A DNA stretch of 64,000 nt. Source: Squalus acanthias (lineage: Eukaryota). Of the stretch, positions 26,576-38,367 are shown piece by piece. The position numbers were made by a program, and so were the translations under genes. The stretch is taken from contig CM059432.1 in assembly GCA_030390025.1 (NCBI GenBank), positions 133,302,001-133,366,000 on the forward strand, given 5' to 3'. The first letter of the stretch is position 1; each line of letters starts with the position of its first letter. Under the pieces are notes generated by a model. That model saw only the letters and a list, made by a program, of their open reading frames with translations, was not told the origin of the DNA and ran no database searches.

Positions 26576-28574
26576 ATACAGAAATCCCAAACTTGTGGTG
26601 GATTTCAAAGGAGGTATGGCGCCGTACTCTGAGAGTACATAGACATACCCACCGCAAAATCCGGGCCGTTGTATTTAGGTTAAAAAAGGAATAACTGAAG
26701 GAAGGCAAAACAATTGGAATATTTGCGGGGGAGGAAATATTGGTGCGAGAATGTGATTAAATATTTTGAGTCATTGTATGAATTGAAGGATATTACGATC
26801 ATTTAAGTGCTGTGCTTTATACTAAAGGACAGGTTGCGATGAGACTAGTGTAAAGTACCATCCCTTCCCCCGCCAACACACCGGCATAAACAGACAAACT
26901 ATTAGTCACGAAATGTGCGCAGATCACATTACTGCAGGTGGCTATGAAGCAAGCTTTACAGGAATGCTACTCAGAAACAGTGAACGATGAAGAATCATTA
27001 ATCAGATCAGTAATGTGGCGATGTTTCAACCAACGCCCTTCCCCATTTACAGTGTCATCCTCTACTCTTGCTATTCAGCAAGGATACAAGCTTCAGCACA
27101 CTGCACCTTCCCGCTTTAATATAAAGTGAGGAACTGAATAAAATAGAAGTGATTACCGAAGCAGGTTCAATTTTTTTTTTTAGTAATCTTGTAGGCAAAA
27201 TTTGCTTGCTAATTCTGAGCCCTTTCCTACCAAACGTGAAGCTGTGAGTTCCCATTGAAACTGCGAAAAGTTTCAAAAAATGTCTGCCCAAGAATGCATT
27301 TTTTCCATTTTTTTCATGTTTTTATTGATCTCTATTGGTGTAACGCTGTTTATAAGGGGTCGGGGAATGGGCAGGGGCAGGGGGAGGGAATAGGAGAGCT
27401 AAGAGCACAGGAAGGGAAGGATGCGGAAATCATGGGCATATGGAAAGCTGAATGGTGATAGAAAGACTTTAAAGAGATGCTTTTATATAATGCCTTTCAT
27501 GACCTCAGAACACCCCAAAGCTCTTTACAGACAATGAAGTAGTTTTTTTGAAGTGTAGTCATTGTTGTAATGTAGGAAACGCGGCGGCCAATTTGTGCAC
27601 AGTAAGCTCCCACAAACAGCAATGTGATAAAGTCCAGATAATTGTTTTTTTAGTGATGTTGGTTGAGGGATAAATATTGGCCGGGACACCGGGGAGAACT
27701 CTTTTAAACTGCAATGACATTGTGCACTGCGCTCACTATTCACCTCCTGTCACCAATGGACTGGTCTGGCATGTTGCCATGCCAATGCCAGCTTTGGATG
27801 GCATTGTTTTGGTCTCCCCCCTTCATCAGAGGGAAAAAAAAACTACAAAAGAATCTGATAAACACGTAATGGGGTGCTGAGTGATGCCAACCTCGTGACC
27901 TGACCAAGCGTTTCCACTGGGCATCTCCCGAGCGGTCGGGATGCCGCGGCCGATACTATGAGCCCCTTTCAGCACAAGTCTGCAGTCAGCCTTGTAGGCA
28001 GCCACGTGTTAAAACCTGAAAAATGATCATCTCTGAATCAGAATAACATTGCTGTCTTACCAGGTGTGAGGTGCAGTCAGTCGGATTGTAAACAACTGCC
28101 GTGGTTTAGGTTCCAAACCGACTGAAATTGAGACAAAGTTTCCTTGGGTCTCCCTTGTACATTGCTCACATGGCATAGCTATATGGCTGCTTAATGGGTT
28201 TCTCAAGCGCTGTAGACAAAAAGAGTATTCAATAACACTATCGGAATGCTGCACCAGTATATTAATTTCTGACTTGACTAGGTCAACACCCCAGTTACTA
28301 AATACATACCCATCTCTTTTATGAAAAGCTTGTTAAACTGTTGCTAAAAGAAGGGAGATGACAAAGGATTTATACTGAGACAGTTCATGCAATGAGGACC
28401 TTGATGCATGATTGTTTCGGAAAGGATCATTGCACCATCTGCCTAAAAACAAAAGATATGCTCAGAGCACCTTTGGATGATGAAACCACATCAATTATAC
28501 AACAACGTCATAAGAATGGGAATCCCGGAGTGCATTTTTTTCTCTTAGTAAGGCCCTCTTTTCCAGGTCTGGAA

Positions 28575-28844
28575 TAACAATACCATATCCTCTCAATCAC
28601 CAAGACCGCTTATTTCCACCTCCGTAACATCGCCCCCTGACTCAACTCACCAGCTGATGAAACCCTCATCCATGCCATTGTTACCTTTAGACTCAATTAT
28701 TACTGTGCTTTTCTGGTCTCCTACCCGGAGGTCACCTACCAGGTGTCCTCTGTAAAGTTGAGCTCATCCAAAACTCTGCTGCCCATATCCTATCTTGCTC
28801 CAAGACCCGTTCACCGACTCCCCTGTGCTCACTCACCTACATTG
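28575..28844 (+). mobile_element. L2-clade LINE ORF2 fragment
   Basis: Translates HILSITKTAYFHLRNIA...ETLIHAIVTFRL; related 3' ends at 46670-46885 (+) and 56567-56855 (-). Confidence 0.7.
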
Positions 28845-29439
28845 GGGGTAATTTTAACCACAAAATATGGATGGGTTGGGGTCGGGTGGGATATTAAAAA
28901 ATGTTTAATCTCAAACCCGACCCCAACCCGCCCACTTCTGGTTTTAACCCGCTCCCAGGAAGAGGATTGACCATTTAAATATTATGATGAGGCAGCGTGC
29001 CTCAGATTTAATCTGTCTTCCAGGTTTAGCCCTGGCCTGCCGGGTTTCCCGGACCTCGGCCTTGTGCTGTGGCTATATTTTGTTCCTTTGTGATGTCAGT
29101 AACTGGAGGTGAATGTTATTTTGTGAGAAAAGAAATATTTTGATCCCTCTAATCCAAATAATTTATTCGCAAAGGTAGTTATTCATACAACGCATCCCTA
29201 TCCCAAGTGATTTGAGATGTCCATTTCCCTGACAGTCTTGAGGGAGGGATATTGTATGTCCGTGATAATTCATTTCATTAGGATTTTTTTCTCCCTCCCT
29301 GAAAGGAAGTACTTTACCTCTGCTTGGCACTGCCTCATTGGGATGTAAGGGTAGCTTGGTGTTGGGTCTGATCGGAACTCGCAGACCCGACACTCTGTAA
29401 AGTTGCATGGAGGCGGGATGGTGGCGGGTTCTAAGCGGG

Positions 29440-30647
29440 ATGGGAACCATTTATACCCTCTCATCCTGGTCCTCAGAATCGGAGGAAGAACAGCCGTGGC
29501 AGCAGCAGAACCAGGCACAACAGCAGCACCAACAACAGGAGCGCCAACCTTCTCCTCAGCCATCTGATGCTGCACAGGGCAGAGGGCGTCAGTGCAGGGC
29601 TGCACCGCGCCGCAGGAGATACCCCCAACATAGGGTACCAGGCCGAGGATGAGCTTCCTCAACATGAGTGAACAGCAGTGCCAAAGGAGGCTGAGACTTT
29701 TGCAAGAGGTAGTCACTAGCATCTGCACAATGCTGCACCAACACCTGCAGCCCAGAGGAGCGTGTGGACACTCCTTACCAGTGGCTGTCAAAGTCACCAC
29801 CGCACTCAACTTCTTTGCTTCAGGGTCCTTCCAAGGATCAGCAGCAGACATAAGCGGCATCTCCCAGTCGGCCGCACACTCCTGCATCACACAGGTTACC
29901 GAGGCCCTCTTTGACAAGTCGCACAATTACATCCACTTCTCCACGGATGAAGCAAGTGTTACCGTTGGCTTTGCAAATATGGCAGACTTCCCAAGGGTGC
30001 AGGTCGTCGTAGACTGCACACACGTGGCCATTAGGGCACCCCATCACAACCCAACTGTATTTGTGAACCGCAAGGGCTTCCACTCCCTTAACGTCCAGCT
30101 GGTGTGTAACCACAGGAAGAACATTATGCATGTTTGCGCCAAGTTCCTTGGCAGTTGCCATGACTCATTCATCCTGCGGCAGTCTACTGTTCCTCAGCTG
30201 TTCAGTCCGCCAACCCAACTTTCCGGATGGCTCCTTGGAGACAAGGCCTATCCCCTGAAGATGTGGCTAATGACACCAATGAGGGGGCCATCAAACGAAG
30301 CTGAGGAGCGTTACACTGAGAGCCACATTTCCACCAGAAGCATCATAGAGCAAACCATCAGCTTGCTCAGAATGCAATTCAGATGCCTCGACAGATCTGG
30401 TGGAGCCCTACAGTACTCACCAGCCAGGGTCTCCAGAATCATCGTGGTCTGCTGTACACTGCACAACATCGCACAGCAGTGTGGCTTACCGCTGCCTGAG
30501 GAACAAGTGGCTCAGCGCACAGCCTCCTCCTCGGAGGATGCAGATGAGGAAGATCTTGCGGAGGCGGCTGTGCCAGTTCCACCAGCACGCGAGCACATTG
30601 CTGGCCGTGAGGCAAGGGATACACTAATCCATGCCAGATTCACGTAA
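29440..30647 (+). pseudogene. Harbinger DDE transposase (HARBI1/DDE_Tnp_4 family), one frameshift near 29639
   Basis: [72 protein letters not shown]; the Q-rich N-terminus (ATG 29440) is out of frame by 1 nt with ORF 29649-30647. Confidence 0.93.
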
Positions 30648-30926
30648 GCTTATGTAGCAAACACATGTGGCTGACACATGGAAATGAGTGTCTGCACGAC
30701 CTTCTTAACACACCATACAGCATCTGTACAATAAACTGTGCTTTCCTATGACTTTCCCCACCATCACTACAGATGAAAGGCACCCTGACCCCTCACTGTA
30801 CAACTTCCATTTCTGAGCATACATGAATCTTTGCCATCGCATTTCTTTAATACAATTGAAATGACGATGAGAAACGTAACTTTGTATTATATCAAAACAC
30901 CCAAATGACTACCATTGTGACTATGT

Positions 30927-31586
30927 GGGGGGAAAATTTGGTTGCTTTGCGCCTCCCGTTAGCGCCCCGAGGGGATGCTAATGGGGCACAAAGCACCTAG
31001 CGCCCGGGCGCGGCACCACTAACACCTCCCGCAAAATTCAGCGGGAGCTTAGCGACAGCGGTAGCCAATAGCGCCCCACGGCGCTGCGCCTCCAGCGATG
31101 ATGTCATCATCGTGCACAGTGCCCTGCTTGCACTCCGGCTGCAATCTTCGCTCGCGCCCCCTGACCTACTGCCGGACGCTATGTTTGCCGCCAGGGCAGG
31201 TTCCGGGCGGCCATTTTTTGGGGGGCCACCTGCCAGCACCTGCCCTCTCTCGCCTCCACCTATGGGGTGCCGGCCGCGATTGTTTTTTGCCGGCACCCCG
31301 CTCCCCAGTGGTCCAGCAGGGCCCCAGTGCGCACAGCGCTAGGCCCCTCCCCTTTAATCAGGGGAAGGAGGCCTGTAGTACCGCGGCGTTATGTGCCGAC
31401 GCACATGGCGCTGCTTCACGTAACACCGCGATATTCAATGGGAGCGCCCCAAGAGGGAGGGGGAGTGCTTCCATTAGCACCCCACCTCCTGCTTGGGGCG
31501 CTACCATTCAATTTTGGGCATGGGGACGTTAACTTTTTCGGGGCGCTAAAAGTAGCTAATAAGGGGCGCGACCTAATTTTTCCCTC
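30927..31586. mobile_element. Harbinger-type GC-rich MITE, family A, inserted between the two genes of element 1
   Basis: TGT|GGGGGGAAAATT...AATTTTTCCCTC|TTT; subterminal GCGCCTCCCGTTAGCGCC and GGGGCGCGACCTAATT shared with 51491 and 55301. Confidence 0.85.
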
Positions 31587-33496
31587 TTTGTGTGTTAACT
31601 TTGTCTTACGCGTGCTTCTACGTGGTGCTTCCCCTGTGGCTCCAGCAGATGTAGAAGCAGCTTGCTCACTTCTCTGTTGCGCCTGCTTAGACGCCTTTGG
31701 CGAGTGTCCTCTGGGTTTGGGAGCTTGGGAGGGCTCCGCAACAGTCTGCTCCTCTTGCGGCTGTGCAGGGGCTGAGATGGCTATCTCAGTTGGGTGAGAA
31801 ATCTGGAGCTCTGACCAAGGGTTCCGCAGTGGCATGGGAGTGTGAGCGCTTGGAGAGGAGCCCATACTTCCTTGTTGTCGACCACCAACATCCCTCTCAT
31901 GGGTCACCCGCACTTCACTGCTAGCAAGTAGCTGGAGAGCACCTTGCTGCACATGAGTGGAGCCATGAGGACCCATTTCTGTGCTGACATTCCTCATAAC
32001 AAGGATGTCCATGAAGCTCTGGTGTCTCTCCTCAATAGATGCCCATTTATCCTCCATAGATGACCATCTATTTAGAAGTATTACCATGTTCATTTGAGTC
32101 TGGCGATTTATGTCCTCCATGGAGGTTGCCATCCATTCCATGGCGGCACCTACATTCGCCAATGCGTGCACCACGGCATTGCTCATGTTTGAGATGGACT
32201 CCTCCATTCTCTGCACACTCGCAGTTACCGTGGTTGCAAACCCAGTCAGAGCCTCCTGCACTTGTTCCTGAAGCTCCAGCACCGCTCTCTTTCTGGATGG
32301 CCCCAGAGGCACAGCGTCCACATGCAGCTGAGCAGAGCTGGGAGCGCCCTGCGGCCTCCGACGAGGACTCTCCACTGCTGTCCCTGTCTCCACCATCTGC
32401 TGATGCTCACTTGTGAGCTGTGATACACCAGGTGACAACACTACTCTATCTCGCAAAGGACCCACCGAGGTGTGCGTCTCTGCGCTGGTGCTGGGTGCGC
32501 TGAGTTCTGGTGACGCTGCTCCCTCAGAGGCTGCAGCTTCCTCTGAGGAGTCGTCCGGCTCTTCCTCCTGGACAGTGGGGCGGGGGGCTTTCGATGGAAC
32601 TGTGGGGGAGTAAAAGCATGAGTTAGACATGTGATATTTACATAGCAGACACATCCCATTGTGCAGATGATCAGGACTCAATCTGTATGATCATCAGATG
32701 CAATATCAGTCACTCATGAAATCTAAATGAGAGAGATGCAAATCTATTCTGTCACCAGCTTGCTCTACTGCGCCCGTCTCTCCGTCACCCACTTCCAGCT
32801 CCTCTGCACCTCTGACGATCTCGATAGCAGCCTCCTCAGCGTTGATTAAATGCGCCATGGAAGGTGGCCCTCCTCCTGTCCTCCCTCTCCCTCTTATTGT
32901 GGGCTCTCTTTTCCTACAATGAGGAACACAAGTGGAGTTTGAGCGAGAATGTTGGAGTGAGTGTAAAGAATCCATAGCATAGATGCTTAGAGGGAGACAA
33001 AGATGGAGTGAGGTACCAATACCAAGGGCCATCCCGGTGCGTTGTTAATTGTTATCATTGCATAACAGCGATAGCGAGTGTGAGGGGTGCATAGTAGAAT
33101 GGTGGAGTGATTCTGTACATAGAGAGAGAGGGATGGTTAAGGGTGCAAGGGATGTAAGGGTAAGTTGGGATGTGCAGGAGTAGGTTGACAATGCAGAGTG
33201 CTGGTGATGAGAGGAGATGGGGAGCAGATTGAAAGTAAGTGTGATGTTATACTCACTTTTGCTGAGCGTAGCAGATCATTGAACCTTTTCCTGCACTGAA
33301 CCCAGGTGCGTGAGCACAAAGACCTGGCGCTAACCTCCTCAGCAATTTGCAGCCAGGCTGCCTTGGTTTGCTGAGGAGGCTTCCTCCGTCCATTGGAGGG
33401 AAACAGAACCTCCTTGCGCCCTCTTACTCCCTGCACAAGAGCGTGGAGGGAGTCATCATCAAATCAGGGAGAAGCCTTGGTTCTTGCAACAGTCAT
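31587..33496 (-). pseudogene. Myb/SANT-like DNA-binding accessory gene of Harbinger 1; exons 33496-33257, 32913-32756, 32599-31587
   Basis: MTVARTKASP*FDDDSLHALVQGV..EVLFP..AWLQIAEEV..RTWVQCRKRFNDL; canonical GT/AG sites (intron phases 0 and 1); exon 2 EKRAHNKRE..TGGGP carries a 2-nt deletion; TGA probably from CGA. Confidence 0.85.
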
Positions 33497-33739
33497 CTCG
33501 CAAACACTACCACTGAGGAGCATCAGAAAGTGAATAAAACCCAAAGGCTGCATGGGCCCCTTAAATACAACTGAATCGAAGACGTCAGCAGAGGCGAGCA
33601 GCAGACCCGAACCCACTGATTGGACCGGGTAACGCGCACGGCGGGCTTAATAAGCCCAGTTAACTCAAAATTCTTACGGCTGAAACCGTCCGAGCAGCGA
33701 GCCCGACGCGAACCTGTTTCCTGCGGCAAAATCGCAGCT

Positions 33740-34733
33740 GAAATGTTAAACCAAGGCCTGCTTGTTCAGGTGGACGTAAAAGATCCCGTGACGCTATCTG
33801 AAGGAGAGCAGAGCGCTCTCCCGGTGTCCTGACCAACATTCCTTCCTCAACTAACACCAACAAAAACAAAGCAGCTGTGGGGAGAAATTCGGTATTGCCC
33901 CGTTTGGGGCGCTAAATTTTGAAAGCTGGAAAAGTTAGCGCCCGGCGCTAATGATTCTCAGCTTTCGGTAACTTCATTGTTAGCGCTCCAGGAAGGAAGT
34001 GGAGCGCTAAACCAAGCGGGGGGTGCGGTGGAGGTGCAGCGCTGCACAATGACCACAGCAGCGTTGCCAGGATCCGAGGGCTCCTTCCCTCCCTTAAAGG
34101 GAAGGGCCATTGCTGCAGGCTTTGCATTTGAATGATCTCCTTCGTCGCCGACGGCAGCCGGGATCCTCGACGATCAGCCCCAAGCACTCTAACAGAGTGC
34201 AGGGCTGATCAATCGCGCCATTTAAAAATGTTCAAAATGCACCCTAAAGGAAGGAAACACATTTCTACTGAAGACCAGCGGCCTTACCTTTAATTATCGC
34301 CCCCGAAGCGCCCGGCCTGCCGAACAACACCTCCTGCAGCTGTCGGTGTTATCGCCCGGCGATGCTGCAGGGGGGCGGAACCGAATTTCGGGTCCAGGGC
34401 GCTACCAGGGCGCTGCACAGCCGGATGACGTCACGATCTCCAGGCGCAGGAGAGCGTGGCGCTAGGGGTTACCGCCGCCGCAAACCGCCAGGTGAATTTT
34501 GCGGGCGGCGGTACTATCACCGCGCCCGGGCGGTAAGTCGTTAGCGCCCCGTTATCGCTAACAGGAGGCGCAAAGGAGGCGAATTTCTAGACCCTGGTCT
34601 TCTATTCATTTGCTGTGTCTGGAGCCTTGCTGTGCGGTAACTGGCCGCTGTATTTACTCACAGACCAACAGTGACTGTACTTCAAAAGTAAATCATTGGT
34701 TATGAGGCCCCTTGGGACATGATAAGACACTAT
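33740..34733 (+). mobile_element. 3' half of a Deu SINE split by a MITE
   Basis: ATGTTAAACC...GTAAAAGATCCC...AAAAACAAAGCAGCTG | GTCTTCTATTCATTTGCTGTG...CTTCAAAAGTA. Confidence 0.75.
33878..34593. mobile_element. Harbinger-type GC-rich MITE, family A-related, CTG TSD
   Basis: CTG|TGGGGAGAAATT...AATTTCTAGACC|CTG; TTAGCGCC repeats. Confidence 0.85.
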
Positions 34734-34907
34734 GGGGACAATTTTGACTTTGGGCGATAGTGTAAAACAGGTGCTATTTGACCAGCCGCCCATTTTATAC
34801 ATCTCTCCCCATTTTCACCTCCATTGAAGAGCCAGGAGAGATGAGTAACGGGCAGCTGATCAAATATCGCCCATTTGACACTCTCGCCCAAAGTCAAAAT
34901 TACCCCC
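34734..34907. mobile_element. Short hairpin MITE with long TIRs
   Basis: GGGGACAATTTTGACTTTGGGCGA...TCGCCCAAAGTCAAAATTACCCCC; central CCATTGAA; relatives at about 6807-6950, 23380-23538 and 40313-40385. Confidence 0.75.
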
Positions 34908-36981
34908 AACGGGCGGATCTTTCAACATGTGCGGAGAGATGCAATACCGGCGGTAGCTGATTGGTCGTCCATTATACACACCACCTGACTTTCCTTTCTC
35001 TTAAGGTCTATCGTGCAGGGAGTGTAACGGGCCGCCGACCCATATTACGCACCCCGCACAAGCTGAAAGTTCCGCCCTGGATGCCGTTTGCACCATGTAG
35101 AGATCACTGTAATTGCAAAAGTCTGCTTCAGTCGAAACTCAGTTCCACACCAATTATTTCCACATGGAGGGGGGAAAAAAAGCACGTAGCCAGCTGGACT
35201 TCTAACTGTTCGTAATTACTGGCTCAATTAATATTTTGACATCCTGTTAATTCTGATCAGCGGATGAGAATCTGTGGAATACAGAGGGGGTTTATAACTT
35301 GGCAAAAGTTACCTCAAAATATCAAAAAGGGGTCAAGTGTTTTAGCTTTCATTTCTGAACTGATTCTAATTGAGGCATTAGTGACGTGCTCTGCAGGAGG
35401 ATAACCTGATGGTGGGCTTACCAAAACTAGCTGCCTCACTGGATGGTCACTACCCAAACAGGCCCTTAATCGCCGCACCCTATGTGACTTTTAAGTCGAG
35501 GGCGAATGCCTCGGCTAGATCACTGCTGCCTAATAAGATGCTTTTCCTTTTCTTTTCTTTTAAACTGCCTGCTTGGTGGAACGGTTATGATTCTACCTGT
35601 TTCTCTTGCACCATGCTGTCAGGTGTTTGTGTTGGAGGCACTGGGGTGTGACCGGCTCAGTCAGTATAGCATTCCGAAGGGCTTTGGAGTAAAGCTTTCA
35701 GAATACAAGGAGACAAAGCATTCTTACCAGTGGATTCGGAAGCCATCTAAAGTCCCAAGTTTTGTCTCGTGAGAAAAAAAACAATTGGAAGGGGGAAGGC
35801 GGGTGGGGGTGGGGGGGGTGGAGAGGAGGGGGAGGGAGGGATGGTTTGTTTTAGACTGCGTGTATGGTTTTTTTTCTCTCGCTCTGTGCTGGATGTTAGT
35901 TGCATGCCTGACTGAATGCAGTGTGACCAAGCATATGTCACCAGCCCTCGCGCGGTCTCCACCGTTCAGATGCCATTAGTGCCATATGTGACAGTATAAC
36001 ACGAGCTCAGGCCCACAGGAACTGAAGGAGACTTGCTTTGGAAGGTTGCAGTGCAGGGCTTGCTGTGATCAGTCACTCAGGAGGCCAGAAGCCTGCACCA
36101 GGCAGCCGTAAACCTGCGGGAGGTTTCCAGAGAGCCAAGCACACTGGGATGGAAGTGATTAGGACACAGACATCGGCCAGATAGAGGACATTCTGGAATA
36201 ATAGGAATAGGAAGAGTAAATGGCCTATCAAACACACCCCCGTCTGACCTCCTTGTAGTTTATCTGGGCACGATGAAAGATCTGTGCACTTTTTCTCTCT
36301 AATGATTTCCTCAGTAATCAGGGAGCGGAAGTTGTTGAGTGCGGCATGATTAGTTGTGAGCGATTTGTTGATCATTTGGCTTTCATGCCCAGAGCTGACA
36401 AATTCATCTGTAATTCAGAAAGCAGCTGGCACCCAGCTCACTGCAGCTGCTCCAGTGAGTGCTGTGTAACGCAAAATTCAGGATTTAGGCGGACGTTGGT
36501 TCCATTCTGCTCGTAACGTATCCTGACATGTGTCAGGCCTTTTAGAGCGGAGGGTGATAGGCTGCTCTTCAAACGTAAAGTGTCTTGCTTTGCTTCCAGC
36601 AACATGTGGCAGGAAGGGAATTTTCTACAATTTGTGTCTTTTTTTTTTCTTCTTCCTCTGAAGGACAAATGCTATTGACGCGCGAGGAGCAGTAAATGAA
36701 TCATTTTAAGAGAGCTGGCATCATTAAAGGGGCTCAGTCGTTTGGTGGTGTTGGTGATGCAGTGGGAGACAGAGAGTTCCTGAAGCAGCTCAGTACAGCC
36801 TGCACTGTGAAGCTTCAATAACATCTGGGCACGTGGAAGGAAACAAAATCTGTGACAATAGCATCATTTTATCTGTCTCGGTGCATTCCTTGGAAAGCAA
36901 TATTGCTGAATATATTACAGTGGGCTTCACTTCTTCCAATATTTCCCTGTAGGTCTAATCGGCTAAACTAGACAACTGTGT

Positions 36982-37685
36982 GGCCTAGAAATTCGATGGC
37001 CCTTCACCCATTTTTCGGGTGCTAAATGGGCACCTAAGCCTCCAAAATGGCGGGCAGCAATTGCGAGGTCATTACAGGCCGAAAGTGCACCACCTGCCAT
37101 ATTGGTGTAGGCAAAAAAAAGGCTTCCAGAGCCCGTTCCATATGTAAATAGGCAGCCTGGCGCCTCCTTGAAGTCCTCCCTGAAAAATTAGGCTGCCCTA
37201 AACGTAACTGGTGCCGGGCCGACTGCGTTCAGGAACACCAGGTCTATAGGCGGCCTAGTCAGCTGTCCTTAAAGGGAAGTTGTTAAAAAATACTTCGCTG
37301 AACATGGAGCCGGGGGAGGGGGTGGGGAGGTGCAAGAGTGCTCCTCCTGACCCCACATTCAAACTGCCCGATCACTGCCTTGACCCCCACCCCCCCGCCG
37401 ACTGCCACCTCGACCTCGCCTCCCGATCGCTGCCTCGAATCACCATCTCGATCGGTGCTTTCCTGTTGCCCCGATCACATCCCCTTCCCCTTTAACGACC
37501 TACCTGAGGGTCACTGCTGGCGACACCTAGGGTCGCTCAGCAGAAGTCCGCAGTTCGCCGGTCTTATTTAAATGAGGCCTAAGGCCCAATATCGGGTGCA
37601 CATCAGGCCTACTCATTCAGGTGCAGGGATCGTTCCCAGCGCCCAGTTCACATCAGCAAGGCTGGCGCAAACATATTTCTAGGAA
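36982..37685. mobile_element. Harbinger-type MITE
   Basis: GGCCTAGAAATT...ATTTCTAGG ends; internal CTTAAAGGG and CCGATC repeats as in related MITEs. Confidence 0.6.
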
Positions 37686-37899
37686 TGCATGTCCAAACCC
37701 AAACCATTAAATGTAATCCAGACAGTATTATCGTTTGTCCAGACGTACTGAGACTATTTGCATTAACTTTCTCCAGATACTGCAACATTCCCTCGGACAC
37801 GCCCTGACTTTCAGCTACCTACCACTCCCGGAACCCACAACCAGTAGAATCCTGTCACGACAGCTTTCCTCATGATACAACAGATAGCCATTTACAGTA

Positions 37900-38367
37900 A
37901 AAAAAAATAAAGACTTGCATTTCTGTAGCGCCTTTCACGACCACCAGACATCTCAAAGCGCTTTACAACCAATGAAGTACTTTTGAAGTGTAGTCACTGT
38001 TGTAATGTAGGAAACGCGGTAGCCACTTTGCGCACAGCAAGCTCCCACAAACAGCAATATGATAATAACCAGATAATCTGTTTTTGTTATGTTGGTTGAG
38101 GGATAAATATTGGCCAAGACATCGGGGATAACTCCCCTGCTCTTCTTCGAAACAGTGCCATGGGATCTTTAACATCCACCTGAGAGAGCAGACGGGGCCT
38201 CGGTTTAACATCTCATCCAAAAGACAGCACCTCCGACAGTGCAGCACTCCCTCAGCACTGCACTGGAGTGTCAGCCTAGCTTTATGTGCGCAAGTTCCCT
38301 GGAGTGGGACTTGAACCCACAACCTTCTAACCTCAGAGGAGAGTGTGCTACCAACTGAGCCTCAGCT
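37900..38367 (-). mobile_element. Deu-domain tRNA SINE, full length and little diverged
   Basis: Complete head, core and tail on - strand; other copies at 9330-9570, 27460-27705, 38930-39355, 43890-44302, 45877-46195, 51005-51437, 53112-53247. Confidence 0.9.

Larger units (their letters stand above)
24748..26667. mobile_element. Harbinger-type non-autonomous element (GTT TSD) containing a CR1 LINE that contains a V-SINE
   Basis: GTT|GGGCCAAAAGTTGCGGT...ACCGCAAAATCCGGGCC|GTT. Confidence 0.75.
29340..33739. mobile_element. Near-complete two-gene PIF/Harbinger element 1 (left terminus not found)
   Basis: Convergent transposase (+) and Myb/SANT gene (-); right TIR AAAATCGCAGCT at 33728-33739 abuts the 3' half of a Deu SINE whose 5' half is absent; left boundary approximate. 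Confidence 0.9.

Noticed and set aside
29649..30647. Domesticated host HARBI1 gene
   Set aside because: It lies within an element with a TIR and a Myb partner, has a frameshifted N-terminus and has paralogs in the same window; the same holds for 60373-61299
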